A stretch of DNA of 64,000 nucleotides from Antedon mediterranea (lineage: Eukaryota > Animalia > Echinodermata). The notes below the pieces were generated by a model. That model saw only the letters and a list, made by a program, of their open reading frames with translations. It made no database searches and was not told where the DNA came from. Positions 12,401 through 24,142 of the stretch are shown piece by piece. The stretch lies in contig NC_092674.1 of assembly GCF_964355755.1 (NCBI RefSeq), positions 23,126,001-23,190,000 on the forward strand. Reading direction: 5' to 3'. The position numbers were made by a program, and so were the translations under genes. Every line of letters begins with the position of its first letter. Within the stretch, counting starts at the first letter, position 1.

Positions 12401-15400
12401 TAAAGTGTCTTGAAAAACCCTTAACCAAAATTAAAAATACAAAACTATTAAATGAATGTACTGTATCTATCCTATCCATAGAATAGAACAGTGGTTTAAA
12501 CAAGACATAGCACTGACTGACAGAGAAAAATAACTAACAAACATTTAAATACGAATTGGGCAGTACACTGGGAGGGAAAAAACCACCCTACTACTAATAC
12601 TATTCATGTACTGTACTGTGTTTCTTATAATATTACACGAGTCAAGGAGCAAAAGGAACCAACGGATATGACTTGTTCGCACTGGACGGTATTTGGCCAA
12701 TTTGGTTAGTTTTACCGAGATCGTTGGGCAGCCAGTGGTGGACAAAAACAGTTAAAAGCTTTGTCTACACTATCAAATTAGTTTGACAAAAGAAGTGCGA
12801 TGTGCCCAAATATGGTATAATGTTTCAATAGTGATATGTCCATGGGCACATCACATTTTTTTGTCACATAAAGTTTGATAGTGTAGTCTTGGTTAATTTT
12901 GTACAGTGAATTTTAGCCAACGTTCGGATTGGACAGTCTTGGTTGACATAGCCAGCAACTCGGTTAATTTAAAAAAATTTGGTCCAATGCAATCAATGGC
13001 AACGGCATTTTTTGCTGATTTTATGGAATGGAATTGCCATTAGAAAATTTGCATTCATTAATAGCAACAACAGAAATTTGCATGAGGAGATAATTTACAT
13101 TAATTAATACTGTAACTAAAAATACAGCTCAAATTTATACTATATCATATGATGAAATAAGCAGTACAGTATGCTATACAGTGGCTGGCATAATGTACTA
13201 TGTCATTATTAATACAATGTCAATACACATCTGCAAGAAAGGAAGATTTTCTAATAATGAAAAATCATTTTTCTTTAATATCCTGTCAAGTATCTTTGTT
13301 TGTACAGTAGGTCAGAAACACATAAATAAAAGTATTATACATCAACAACATTTAATAGTGTCTCACTTTAAAAGCCTGTTTCTGCTACTAAAACTAAAAT
13401 GTTTGTGAAATATAGATGGAATAAATTTACCTCCTCCTCCTTTTCTTGGCAGCAGAAAAGAGGCAAATAAAAATGTTGGTTAACTGGCAATACAGTTTAA
13501 AAAGCCTTTTGTTTTAATAAATATAAACTTGTTATAAACATTACTGTATTTTGTATAAATGTATGATGATATTGTAACGCCAATTAAATTATCAAGTGAT
13601 GGGTATATAAAATACAATTACCAATACCATACATACAGTAGGTTTAGAATCTTCTTTTTGTAAATAATTTCTGCTTGAATAGATATCATTAGCATTCTAT
13701 GGCCCAGGATAATACTAAAAATGGTATTTTGATCAATACTAAAAGTTTTGATACTATTATTTATAACAAGTATTTCGTTTGGAATAGTAGATGAAGAAGA
13801 GGGTAATTTTTAACACGTTGTGATGAATGGAACAACCATCATGGTCTGATAAATTACTGTCACCTTCAATTACAGTTCCAAAACAAAAGCTGGTTATAAT
13901 ATCTTTATTGTACTGTACCTTGGGATGATGTCCATGTGTTCCAGAGGTCATCTTTGTTAATTAGATGGTCTTTTTCAAATAATGACTCATGACGTTCAAA
14001 ATCACCTCCATACTCCAATTCCTCACGTAAAAACTGAAATTAATATGAAATATTAAAACAATTCTACTGTTTAACTTAATTAAAGTCTTTCACACCTGCT
14101 TTGACTCCGGCCTGGCTCAACCAAATAACATTTTCAGTTACGCCCCATGCTTTAGAGCGTTGTGAAACTAGAAAGTCTCAAATTTTGTATGTGCAATATC
14201 TGACGCGAAATTGAACTGGACCCGGACGACAGCAGGTGTGAACGACTTTTTAATACTAAAGATTCTTACTGCCATAATAACAAGGATTTATTTTTTAGGC
14301 TGTAAGAGCAGAAAGTGTCTAGTAATAGTATAGAAAAGTGCAGTATAGATGAATACAACGTGTTGTTAAGTATGCATTAGGTACCATTGGAATTGAGCAG
14401 AGATCTATGGAATCTGTATTTGAAAATCGATTAATTATATTATAAGAAAACACAATCTACAAAGATTCTACTTATCCCATTTTTAATGTACAGTATTGAG
14501 GTGTTACGTACTGTAGCGGTAGACGTTACCGGTCTATCATCTCTCGTACAAATCAGCTTCGTAACAGCTTTTATCCAGCTGCCATTCTGAATGATTGTCA
14601 GTATACCGTACGAGAGTGATATGAATGACGTGTAATTGTTTTAGTTAGTTTATCATTTATCTGGGTTTTTTTTGTGTTTTCAGAGCAAACATAATTTCTA
14701 TGTATATTTTATGCAAATGGCAAAAAAATGGTAGTAATTTTCCACTGATGAATGAACAAACATATAGTCTGAATATAAAGTTGGGAGTGGTTTAGCAAAC
14801 TTTTCAATTACTCGCCTACTCTTTTCACAGTTGAGCAATCACCAGCTTAATCATAATATAGAGATGTTTTTTTTCTTTTTTCAAATTTAAATTTAAAGGG
14901 AAACTCCAGGTAAAATTAATTCTCAATTTTAATCAACATTTAAATTTGCAACCACAATTATGGACAGTTAGTGAAGCAAAACAAGCATAACAAAATGAAA
15001 ATCTAGCACATTGTATTACAGTAGAAATTATATTTACATTTTCATGGGAAATTAATTTTGTCTATTTTATACTTTTTTTCCTATTTTAAAAGAAATGTTT
15101 GTTGATACTACTAGCCACCACACTACATGGTATGGTAATGGTATCTACATACTTCACACAAAATGGCTTTCTATTCTAATATTGTTAAATGTTGAAAACC
15201 TTTATGGCTCTGACACTGTGAATGAATTGTGTCCAACTATAGGAAATATTTTCATTAAAGGGTTTGTAAAGTAATGCAACAAGTCAGCATCAAATTCAAA
15301 AGAGTATTCTTTTATATGAAATGGTTGCCATAATAATTACTGTAGAGTAGACTAATAAAATATAGAAATAATAATCTATTTAAAAAAAATATTTAAGATC

Positions 15401-18400
15401 AAATGTGTAAATACTAAAATATAACCAATTTTTTTTTTGTACCATGTACGTACCTCATCGCTCTCATACAAGTCTAAATCACCATTTTGATCATCATCTA
15501 TCTTCTTATGTAATATTTCTATAGCTTCTTTGGCTAGTTTGTCACGGAGATCTTCTTCAATTTCTTTTGCTATACATTCTGGAAAAAAATATATATTCAG
15601 TGAAAGATTACTGTAGAAATAATCACAAATAAAGGCCTTAATTTATTTATTTAACTTTCTTATAAACTGCAAATATCTTTTTATTGTTGCAAAATGATTT
15701 TTTAATAACTTTTTCATGATATATTTAAGAGAATATGTACTATTTGTAGAAAACTGTAATAACATTAACAACAACAATGCAAAGATAGCAATCACAGTAT
15801 GTTCCGAATAGAAGATCATCTATGGAAAATACAATTCTATTTAAAAAATTTAAATGGCATTGTGTTGTCATACAGTATAAAGACTATATATGAACAATTT
15901 AGTTGGGGATTTTCCCTTCAATATAGTGTTTTCCTTGAGTATTTAGTTACTAAACGGACATGCTAACGTTAATTAATGTTTACCATTGAAATAAAACAAA
16001 ATTAGCACAAAGTTTACTTAATAAAACACACCATTTTAAAAACTAAAGCATTATTTAAAAAGATAAAGGTAAAGGTAATTATATTTGTCCTCAAGCTTAA
16101 CTGGAAACTGAAATTCGGATTAGGCCCTCCACGGACCCACGGCAGCCAGCAGTGCAGCGCCTACCAGATCAGCACACCAGGAGACGATCCCCTACTCTTT
16201 TCGAATAGTGTACCAAGTTCTTTAACGTGCACTGTTAAATACACGCGACCAATGGCTTTACATCCCATCCGAAGGATGCATAATTTGTTATGAGTTTCAC
16301 ATTAAAATTAAAAAAAATGTGTTTATGATTGAAATTAAAATGACTACTGTATGGTATTGACATCAAATTCATTTGAATATGAACAATACTTTTATTTCAA
16401 TAACATTTTAAAAGTCTTGGAGTAACCACAATATATTTCCACTCCTTTAATATACCATCCTAAGGTTTTTGCTTACTATTAATTTGAATCTAAATGCAAT
16501 GGTTAAGTGTACATTAAATTTTTGAATTCTTTTCTATTCTAATTAGTAAACAAAATACTATAAATAATAATGACAATGTGCTGCTCTTGCGGCATTTATT
16601 TTATTTCTAATTATTCTTAATAAAATCGGAAATTATTTCCGTACACTACTGTATTACATTACAATAAAAAAACAAAAACAACAATGCTTTCTCAACAATA
16701 TTCATTTTATTTTTATTTTATTCATTTCGGCAATAAACATAAAATAATAATTACAAAGAACATAAAAATATATATATATATATATGAAAAACAAGACACG
16801 AGGCCGAGGAAAGACAAAAGCATTAAACAAACGCTGTCACCGGTAAGGTGCGTCTCTCCAACACATAAATAACAAATAACAAGATATCAATATCATAATA
16901 TAAAATATATACGTAAATAAGTAAAAACATCATTAAAAAGTGATTAACCGTACTGTAGATATTTTATCGGTTTACAGTAGTTTGTGTACGGTGGAGAAAA
17001 GTCGGATTATTTAAAGATGGTAGGAAATTATATTCTTTAAAAAGGAGATGAGATGGTTGTTATAAAATACGCTTCACCATGGAAAGAACTGCGGTATATG
17101 GGCAGAAGCCACATCACCTACGTTCATTACAAAATACGACACGTCCTTATATTTATTCTGTTCAATAATGTGCTATCTTTTTGACTTGGATGTATTGTCC
17201 CCCTGAAAAAATAATTCTTCAAAAATTTTTTTTTTAATATTCCATTTTAATGTAACATAATAGTTACCCCCTTTGACTAAAAATTGGATCGAAAAAAAAA
17301 AAATTTACCTGAAAAAATGTAATTTACAGCAAAAAATGGTTAAATTGGCTGCCATGTCAATGGATTTTTGGTTGAATTTTGACATTTATTTTGTCATTTT
17401 ATAAAAGTGAAAACATGCTTTTTTTTTACTTCTGATTTAATTAATCTTCATTTTTCATGGTTTTTGAGGGACAATAAATCTTTAAAACAATCAAACAGAA
17501 AATTGAATGTAAAGAAGCCAACAACAAATCCAAAGCAATATCACGGTGTAATGCACATACAGTATTATTGGCTATTATAATAAATTCTCTCGTTAGCATT
17601 GTAATTGTTATTGATTAATTTTATTCAATTTGTTTGACAAACACTGCTTATTGTATTAATTATTGAGAATTTCTGTGGTTGATCATTGATCAAATATAGA
17701 TTTCACATTGATGAAAACCCGGATTAGCGGAAATCTATTCATAAACGTAATCAAATAAAATACAAGAAGCGTTAAAATGTAGATGTCAGACAGAAAAGAT
17801 TAATTAAGCGTTCAGAAACTGAGCAAATACTTGTCAAAAAACACAAATATTTAATAATTAATATAATTACTGCTCTTGAAGAAAATATAAATATTTGTGA
17901 TTCTAAAAAAAGCATCAAAGCTATTTATTTTATTAGACTTATAATTTATATATAATAAATAAAAATAATTTTTAAATGATTTCTATAATAAACGGAAAAA
18001 TTAATTTCAATATATCATTTCAAAATTTGTTAATACACTATCAGTGTAAATTTAAGTTCAGTAAAGTATTTTTAATCAAGGAAAACAACACATTACAACA
18101 TCTGTGACACTGGTGAAAAATGATTATGCAGAAATAGTGAGTAGAGGATCCAACATTTAAATTATCAATTGGTTTTTAAAATGTTAATAATAATCACTAG
18201 AAATTATTTTCTATGAAGCAATACTTTAGATTCTAATAAATTATTTTGATTAATTCTTCACATGTTAATATTAATAATACTGTATATTGTTTGAAGGTTT
18301 GCATGGCAAACTTTATATCAATTATAATATTTGCATCCCAATTTAAATTTTACCACTTAGGCTCTATTTAGGACCAAACGATCAATACTAAAAAATGGAA

Positions 18401-21400
18401 GAATTCAGAAACTGAGTGAAGTGCTTGGCCGTGCACAGAGGGCACATGTTGATATTTCAGCCCTTGTTGTTAAAAGAATAAAAACAATTTTTTGTTATTT
18501 GTGAATTTATTAATGAACCTACTTTCTTGAATTTCAATAGGCATGTTCTGTAAAGTACACATTATAGTATACAGTACTGTACTTTACATAAAAATGATAA
18601 CTTCAAAATTGTCGGCACTATCGTGCTAACTAACATACAAACAAAGCAAGAATACTTTGCAAAATTCTATTTAATGCCCAAGTAATATTATAATCTACAG
18701 TTATATTACACAGGTATTATTAAACACAGGGCAATATAATTATAATACTGTACTATCTGTACTATAACATGTTATTTTATTGTTCTGATAGTTTTATATT
18801 AGAAACTTATAAATTTATGTTGATGAGCATTTCAACCATAAGGAGTTCTGAGTGGCATTATCCTTGGCTACTCAACATGGTATATGAAGTAAATAATTGA
18901 GTAAATTAATGTACTGTACAGTATATTTATCAAAGATCTTTTACATGGATACCATAGAAAACAAGGTTTTTACAGATGGAAATTTTGTACAGTAAGTGTT
19001 GCGGTGGTGGATCCTTCACATATCCCTACCTATCCCATCCTTTAAATTTTAAATTAATCAAATTGATCAACATCTCATACATAATCTATTCAATTGTGAA
19101 TGTGTTCTAATACTGTAGTTGTTACATAGAGGTATAATGGTTGTTATTGGTTAATTACGTTGTTATGAGATACTGTACAACCACATCTTTATTTGAACTT
19201 TATAGACTTTTCTTTGGCTTCATTCAATTGATTCAGTTTATATATACTTAACACGTTCAAGGCTACAGTATACATGTAGGCCTACAGTATGTAAATACTG
19301 AAGAATAGTGAGCAAACATTTTAAATACCATTTAATATCAAGTATTGTACAGTAGTCATAATAATCAATGACCAGTGAAATGTCATTAATACTGGTATGA
19401 AGAAAATACATTGCATTTGCCAGTAACTATGTATACTACTGTACTACTGTATACTACACAGTTCAACATGAAGTTCACTTAAATCCAAACATTATGTAAA
19501 GGTACCCATGGATGAGTACAATAAGTCAGATACAGATACTTAGAATTTTGCCATAGACAGAGCTTACACTACAGTCTGTATCGCTGCTATGAATACTGTG
19601 TGACCAACCAAAAGGTGATCTAACAACAGCATGCTGATCTCCGGAGATCAAAGGGTTTATCTGTGGCTGCGGCATGATCAGTTTCGTGCCCCTTAACAGA
19701 CACTGAGCGTCATGGAGAATACGTACATTGTACAGTACAGTACTGTTGGTACTTGTCGCAGTGTCCTGTTGTTAGATTGCCTTGGTGTGACTGTATGTAT
19801 TCTGTACAATGTACAGTACCAGCGAGAATTACTGCCCAATTCGGACGCGGCAGACGCGGCATGAATACGTCCATGACGCGTCCACTTCGCGTCCATTATA
19901 TCGACGCGTCTGACGTGATTTGACCTTAGACCAACGTCCTTTGTGTTTGAGCTAACCGGGAGCTAACCACGCCGGTGTTAACGTAAACAAAAGCTCCGCA
20001 TTGTTACTGTACTACAGTTATATTCTGTACGATGTTTTCTCAACCCGTGAAAACCTGTATTAAACGAAATGTATTTTATACTACAGTAGTTAATAACATG
20101 CAAAAAAAAAACCTCTAAAAAACGAATTAATGAATAAGTGCGTATAGATACCAGTTCATTAGTACTACAGCTTACTATATGGGCAAGAAAGACTGATTTT
20201 TTGTGAGTAAAATTATTATCGGATGTCAAAAAACTTCTTTGGCACGCCGCCTAAAAAGAAACCGCTGAACGAGACTTGCGGGAAATGCAGTGCTGAAACC
20301 ACGTGTGCCTGCCATGCAGTAAAACCACGTGATAGCATATTTACCAAACTCGAACGTTCGGCGACTAGACCCGAGTGTGTGAAAATATGTTGCTTTCGCT
20401 GTCCGAGCGAAGCAATGAATTGTGAGTATCGAATGTCAAAAAACTTCTTTGGCACGCCGCCTAAAAAGAAACCGCCGAACGGGACTTGCGGGAAATGTAG
20501 TGCTGAAACCACGTGTGCCTGCCATGCATGCAGTAAAACCACGTGATAGCATATTTACCTAACTCGACCGTTCGGCGACCCGAGTGTGTGAAAAATAGTT
20601 TGCTTTCGCTGTCCGAGCGAAGCAATGAATTTTATATACTAATTAAAAAATCGACACATTGTAATGGACAAAAATGGTGCAGTACATGTAGTTTTGTAAC
20701 ACTATAAATATCCTCAACCTATTTTTATTCATTATATTAAATTCTAGCACCCGCCCTTGGCTTTTTTGTTTTAAATCGCTTTTGTACCAAGCCTTAATGC
20801 CTTTGTGTTGTTCCGTGTCCTATTGTCTTTCTATTCAGTGTATCAAATTCTAACACCCGCCCTTGTTTTTTTGTACCAATTTTGGGGTCTAAGCATAGAG
20901 ATATTATAGTGACAATTTTGGGGTCTAAGCATAGAGATATTATAGTGAACTTCACTATAATATCTCTATGCTTAGACCCCAAAATTGGTACAAAATAACA
21001 TTAACTAAAAAAATATTATTACAGTCATTATTACAATTATACAAACACTGTAATCTTAACATGATCAGAGAGGAACATCATTATAGCGTAAAAAAAATAT
21101 TTCTTAATATTTATAAGCAAAGCGTACACAGAATGCCTAGTGTTGTACTGTACGTCATCAACAGGGTCATCAACCCGCTTTTCAGCAGCGGTAGAACATG
21201 GTTGCAATATTGCTGGGATCCAATGGAGTAGAAAAATATCACGTGCTCTTTGTTGCGCGCTATGACGACCATGGAGATATAAATTGACAGTGTACAGTAC
21301 ATACTGTAGGCTACATGATTTTGTTGAGCCTTCTTCCACAGTTTTAACTCATCATATGACATTTAAATATAACTTATTTCTCTATGATCATATCAATAAT

Positions 21401-23718
21401 TCAACATGAAATAGAGGCCTCGTTATTAAAAAAATATTCTTCCATAAAATGATTCATATGAACAAAATATACTGTATCATGACGATGATTATTGATCGAG
21501 TACGCTAGGCCGATCTCAGGCGGTGGTGTACGTGCTAGACAGTGAACCGGCCGGCTAGATCCCACGGCGGGCTAGCGATGGATATAGACACAGTTTCGCA
21601 CGAAACTGGCTTTTTGGACGAATTATTCGGCAGATAAAAATAAACACAACACACACAAGTCGTAGGCTAACTTTATTTATTTTTTAATCATATTGTTTGT
21701 GAATGTGAAAGTATTTTATAAACAAACACCAATACAGCCGACCCTGCTCAACAGTCAGGCTTAGTTTTCCGATGTCATTTGAATATGAATACGGTCGCGA
21801 ACAATAACAAAAACAGACTCAGGTAGCGAGGTCACGGCCCGCCCGACGAAAGTGCGTCCAAATCATTGGTTTAGTTTATGAATGGACGCGTCGTGGACGC
21901 AAATTGGACGGACACTCGACGCGTCCGTCGCGTCCAAAAAGGGGCAGTAATTCTCGCTGGTACTGTATGTGAGAAAAAATCAATAATCATCATCAATCAA
22001 TTTAAACAGTATGATCTATTGACACGTTGCACTATTAAACAAAACCAAGTCTAATTGTCAACTGTACACAGAAACAAATCAATTTACTGCAGTATGTAAA
22101 CAGGTTTAGTGGTTAAAACAAATTGATTTAGTCTGGTTGTTTGAAGACCAGAGCTTTCATTATATCATTACTTTTTGCTTTACAGTATAATTAACATTAA
22201 AGTCAAGTAATACAAGAAATGCTTAAGTGGAAAATAAAAGTCTTTATTTATTTAATATTTATACTGTAAGTAATATTAATTTGGGATATAGGAATTAATT
22301 TGCAAATGACATCATTTGCGATTTTTTTAAATGTCTACATTGGACTTAAGTAATCCAATGACGTATTCATATTTTGGAAAAAATACTTTCTTCTGGTAAT
22401 GCCTAAAAACATTCCCAAAAAACAGTTTGGTTTTAAATCAAATGTTTGAATGAAAATAATTTAAAATCCATTTATGTCAACTTTATAGTATTTTATGACA
22501 GTGAATGAATCAATGGTTTCCAAATTCAATAGCTACAGTACTGTAATCATCTATTGTTTTGCAATGATCATGTACAGTATGAAACTAAATTAATTGTAGA
22601 AATTGTCTTTATTAACAATTAACAAAATCATTATAATAATTTGCTTAGAATTTGTTTCATTTTATTCAAATGCTGTACCATGAAAAGGTGAATAACATGT
22701 TGATATTATTGATTTAATGATGACATTTGATCTGATAACCGTAACTATCATTCATTCCATGTTTGTGACAGCGGTTGCACCTAGTGTAGGTTAACAGTGC
22801 ATAAAGTTTTTAAGCAGCTCATGGATGGGTATGACATGGTAAATTCAACAAGCTGATGGTTCGATGTTATAAATTATCAAGGTTTTTCAAATGGCCATGT
22901 TGGGTAACACTGAGTGATGGGAAAAAGGTCGGCCAGTCTATAACTTTAGTATACTGTAGGCCCATCACTTTAAAATAATAAGCGGTAGAGATTATTTTGC
23001 AGGACAGCACACAGTCAGATTGAGATAGACTTATACTATAGGCCTAACTCTCTGTCTGAAGAGGCCTAGCTTAGGCCCGAAATATTAAATTAAAATAGTG
23101 TCTATAGCATCTATCCTTACGATCAATAGCGCATCTTTGATAACGATAATTTAATATTTATAATGAAAAATAGGTTATGACATCGTTTATCGAAGGTGCA
23201 TACAGTACAAAATCAATCATATATTAATTATGAATCAATGACAGCCCTCGAAACCTGAAAGGAAACACCCTGTAGAAAAATGGTCAAAAAAGATACCTAT
23301 TATAAAAGATGGTCAAAAAGTAAAAAAAAAGGTAAAATAATTCCATTTAAAATTTCATTAAAAAAAACAAAATTTAAAACAAACAATTTTTCAAATTATT
23401 ATATTATTCTCCCTATTGATGCTCTCTTCTTATTAATATTAGGCCTAGGCCTTAGGCTAGAAGGAAACGTGCCAAATCATCCTATTAGCCTAGTTACTAG
23501 AGGCTAGGCCTACATACGATTCTACTTCTCTAGGACTAGGCCTAGCAGTCTAGTAGGACCGTCTAGTAGAGGGCCTGCTAGGCCTATATAGCCTAGGCCT
23601 AATCGTAAAAAAAGAAGCTGTACGTCCCGACGAAAAACTTACCTCCTCCGCTTACAAAAACATAAGGTGTAATCAATGTAAATAAAAATAAACAACTAAC
23701 AATCCTATGTACACCCAT
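256..23718 (-). CDS. STIM1: Stromal interaction molecule (STIM, ER Ca2+ sensor), exons 1-6; gene continues beyond window start
   Basis: Spliced exons 23718-23643, 15578-15454, 14033-13919, 9953-9842, 8420-8305, 430-256, all GT-AG and phase-consistent. They encode a signal peptide, EF-hand DDDQNGDLDLYESDEFL, SAM domain (NWTTEQMVEWL...AMDVVLFGPP), TM (LVISVLLAVGGCFFAYVQ) and start of CC1 (LESLQRAE). Matches STIM family motifs; STIM1 vs STIM2 is not meaningful in invertebrates. Confidence 0.95.
708..1055. mobile_element. Kolobok-like MITE (TTAA target)
   Basis: TIR AGATGTATT(T/G)TCCCCC / GGGGGACAATACATCT; family copies at 17189-17481 and 29510-29807. Confidence 0.7.
2150..2320. repeat. Minisatellite, about 27-30 bp unit
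   Basis: AGAGGAAAGATTGAGATGAGACTTTCT. Confidence 0.85.
4316..4387 (+). pseudogene. tRNA-Val(AAC)-derived pseudogene, copy 1
   Basis: A-box GGCGTAGTGG, anticodon arm TTTGC-TTAACAC-GCAGA, 3' CGAAACC then T-run. Acceptor stem has mismatches and the T-loop reads ATCGA. Confidence 0.75.
4600..4670 (+). pseudogene. tRNA-Val(AAC)-like sequence, copy 2 (near-intact, probable pseudogene)
   Basis: Perfect acceptor stem GGTTTCG/CGAAACC and anticodon arm TCTGC-TTAACAC-GCAGA; GGTTCGA B-box; D-stem mismatch and T-arm deletion/mismatch; TTTT downstream. Confidence 0.75.
5733..5879 (+). mobile_element. 5'-truncated SINE 3' end
   Basis: TAGGGGGTTACCCCGGTG identical to 47411-47428; (TAAA)n tail. Confidence 0.55.
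6460..7160. repeat. Minisatellite, 16/17-bp units
   Basis: TGTGGCACTTATTTGAC / TGTGATGCTTATTGAC alternating. Confidence 0.9.
7975..8280. repeat. Minisatellite, about 51-bp unit, about 6 copies
   Basis: AATCACAGTCCCTGTCCATACTACACTTTGACGAAGACTGCTTTAAATTTC. Confidence 0.9.
8305..8420 (-). CDS. STIM1: STIM exon 5 (SAM domain end)
   Basis: LAVNHVQIMQKVLGILNPVHRHKISINAMDVVLFGPPK. Confidence 0.93.
9842..9953 (-). CDS. STIM1: STIM exon 4 (SAM domain)
   Basis: VCNWTTEQMVEWLVDRLELEQYSETFQVNAVDGKMLPR. Confidence 0.93.
11551..11727. mobile_element. hAT-like MITE inside a duplicated segment
   Basis: TIR CAGGGAAAAATTTC / GAAATTATTACCTG. Absent from the paralogous segment near 10280; degenerate TSD resembling GCAGGCTA. 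Confidence 0.65.
12757..12886. mobile_element. PIF/Harbinger-like MITE copy
   Basis: AGCTTTGTCTACACTATCAAA...TTTGATAGTGTAG. Confidence 0.7.
13919..14033 (-). CDS. STIM1: STIM exon 3 (hidden EF-hand)
   Basis: FLREELEYGGDFERHESLFEKDHLINKDDLWNTWTSSQ. Confidence 0.92.
14082..14249. mobile_element. MITE
   Basis: TIR AAAGTCTTTCACACCTGCT / AGCAGGTGTGAACGACTTT. Confidence 0.65.
15454..15578 (-). CDS. STIM1: STIM exon 2 (canonical EF-hand)
   Basis: ECIAKEIEEDLRDKLAKEAIEILHKKIDDDQNGDLDLYESDE; ttccag acceptor, gtacgt donor. Confidence 0.93.
16060..16280 (-). mobile_element. SINE 3' part (shared central domain)
   Basis: Minus strand GCACGTTAAAGAAC...TTCGAAAAGAGTAGGGG resembles the 47212 SINE core; (TACCTT) tail. 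Confidence 0.6.
17189..17481. mobile_element. Kolobok-like MITE copy
   Basis: Aligns with 708-1055; TTAA on the right. Confidence 0.7.
19814..21965. mobile_element. Non-autonomous TIR DNA transposon (TA target), 2.15 kb
   Basis: Perfect 24-bp TIR CAGTACCAGCGAGAATTACTGCCC / GGGCAGTAATTCTCGCTGGTACTG flanked by TA; subterminal GACGCG(TCC) repeats at both ends; no intact transposase. Confidence 0.85.
20869..20995. repeat. Perfect palindrome with a duplicated left arm
   Basis: CAATTTTGGGGTCTAAGCATAGAGATATTATAGTGAA-C-TTCACTATAATATCTCTATGCTTAGACCCCAAAATTG. Confidence 0.9.
23643..23718 (-). CDS. STIM1: STIM exon 1 (signal peptide)
   Basis: MGVHRIVSCLFLFTLITPYVFVSGG then G|gtaagt donor; phase 1 matches exon 2. 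Confidence 0.8.
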
Positions 23719-24120
23719 CTAGTAACGATTTAACATTCCAACAATTCGCATTTAAAAAAGCTTATGTTTCAAAACATCCAGTGGGAAATAGGCCTACTCT
23801 TTTGATCCTCCTGTTTGTGAATCGAACGCGTACGATCAGCTAGCCTAAACTTTCTTGTTTTCCTCGCGATTATCAAACCAACCAGGCAGGCATAGAAGAT
23901 GAGGTCCGATCGAGCAACCAATTACACGACACACACGTCGAAAAGGTCATAGCTGTAGGTCATAACTGTGTGATTTGATTGGCTGGTGGTGAAAAATAAA
24001 GTCTGTACTCAAGACTGACACATCAACATAGGATAAGCATTTAATATGAATATTGAAATGATTATGATAGAAAAGCTGCGCTTTTCCAATTAAATTATAT
24101 TTGTTTGCATTGCAGCCAAT
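23719..24120. promoter_or_regulatory. Putative bidirectional promoter / 5' UTRs of STIM and SRA1
   Basis: About 400 bp between divergent ATGs; locally CpG-rich; CCAAT/ATTGG boxes near 23919 and 23978; two AGGTCA half-sites at 23944 and 23957. Confidence 0.65.
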
Positions 24121-24142
24121 ATGGACGGTTCTTTAAGACCAG
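24121..24142 (+). CDS. SRA1: SRA1 exon 1
   Basis: ATG GAC GGT TCT TTA AGA CCA G|gtcagt = MDGSLRP(G), joins to [10 protein letters not shown]. Confidence 0.75.
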
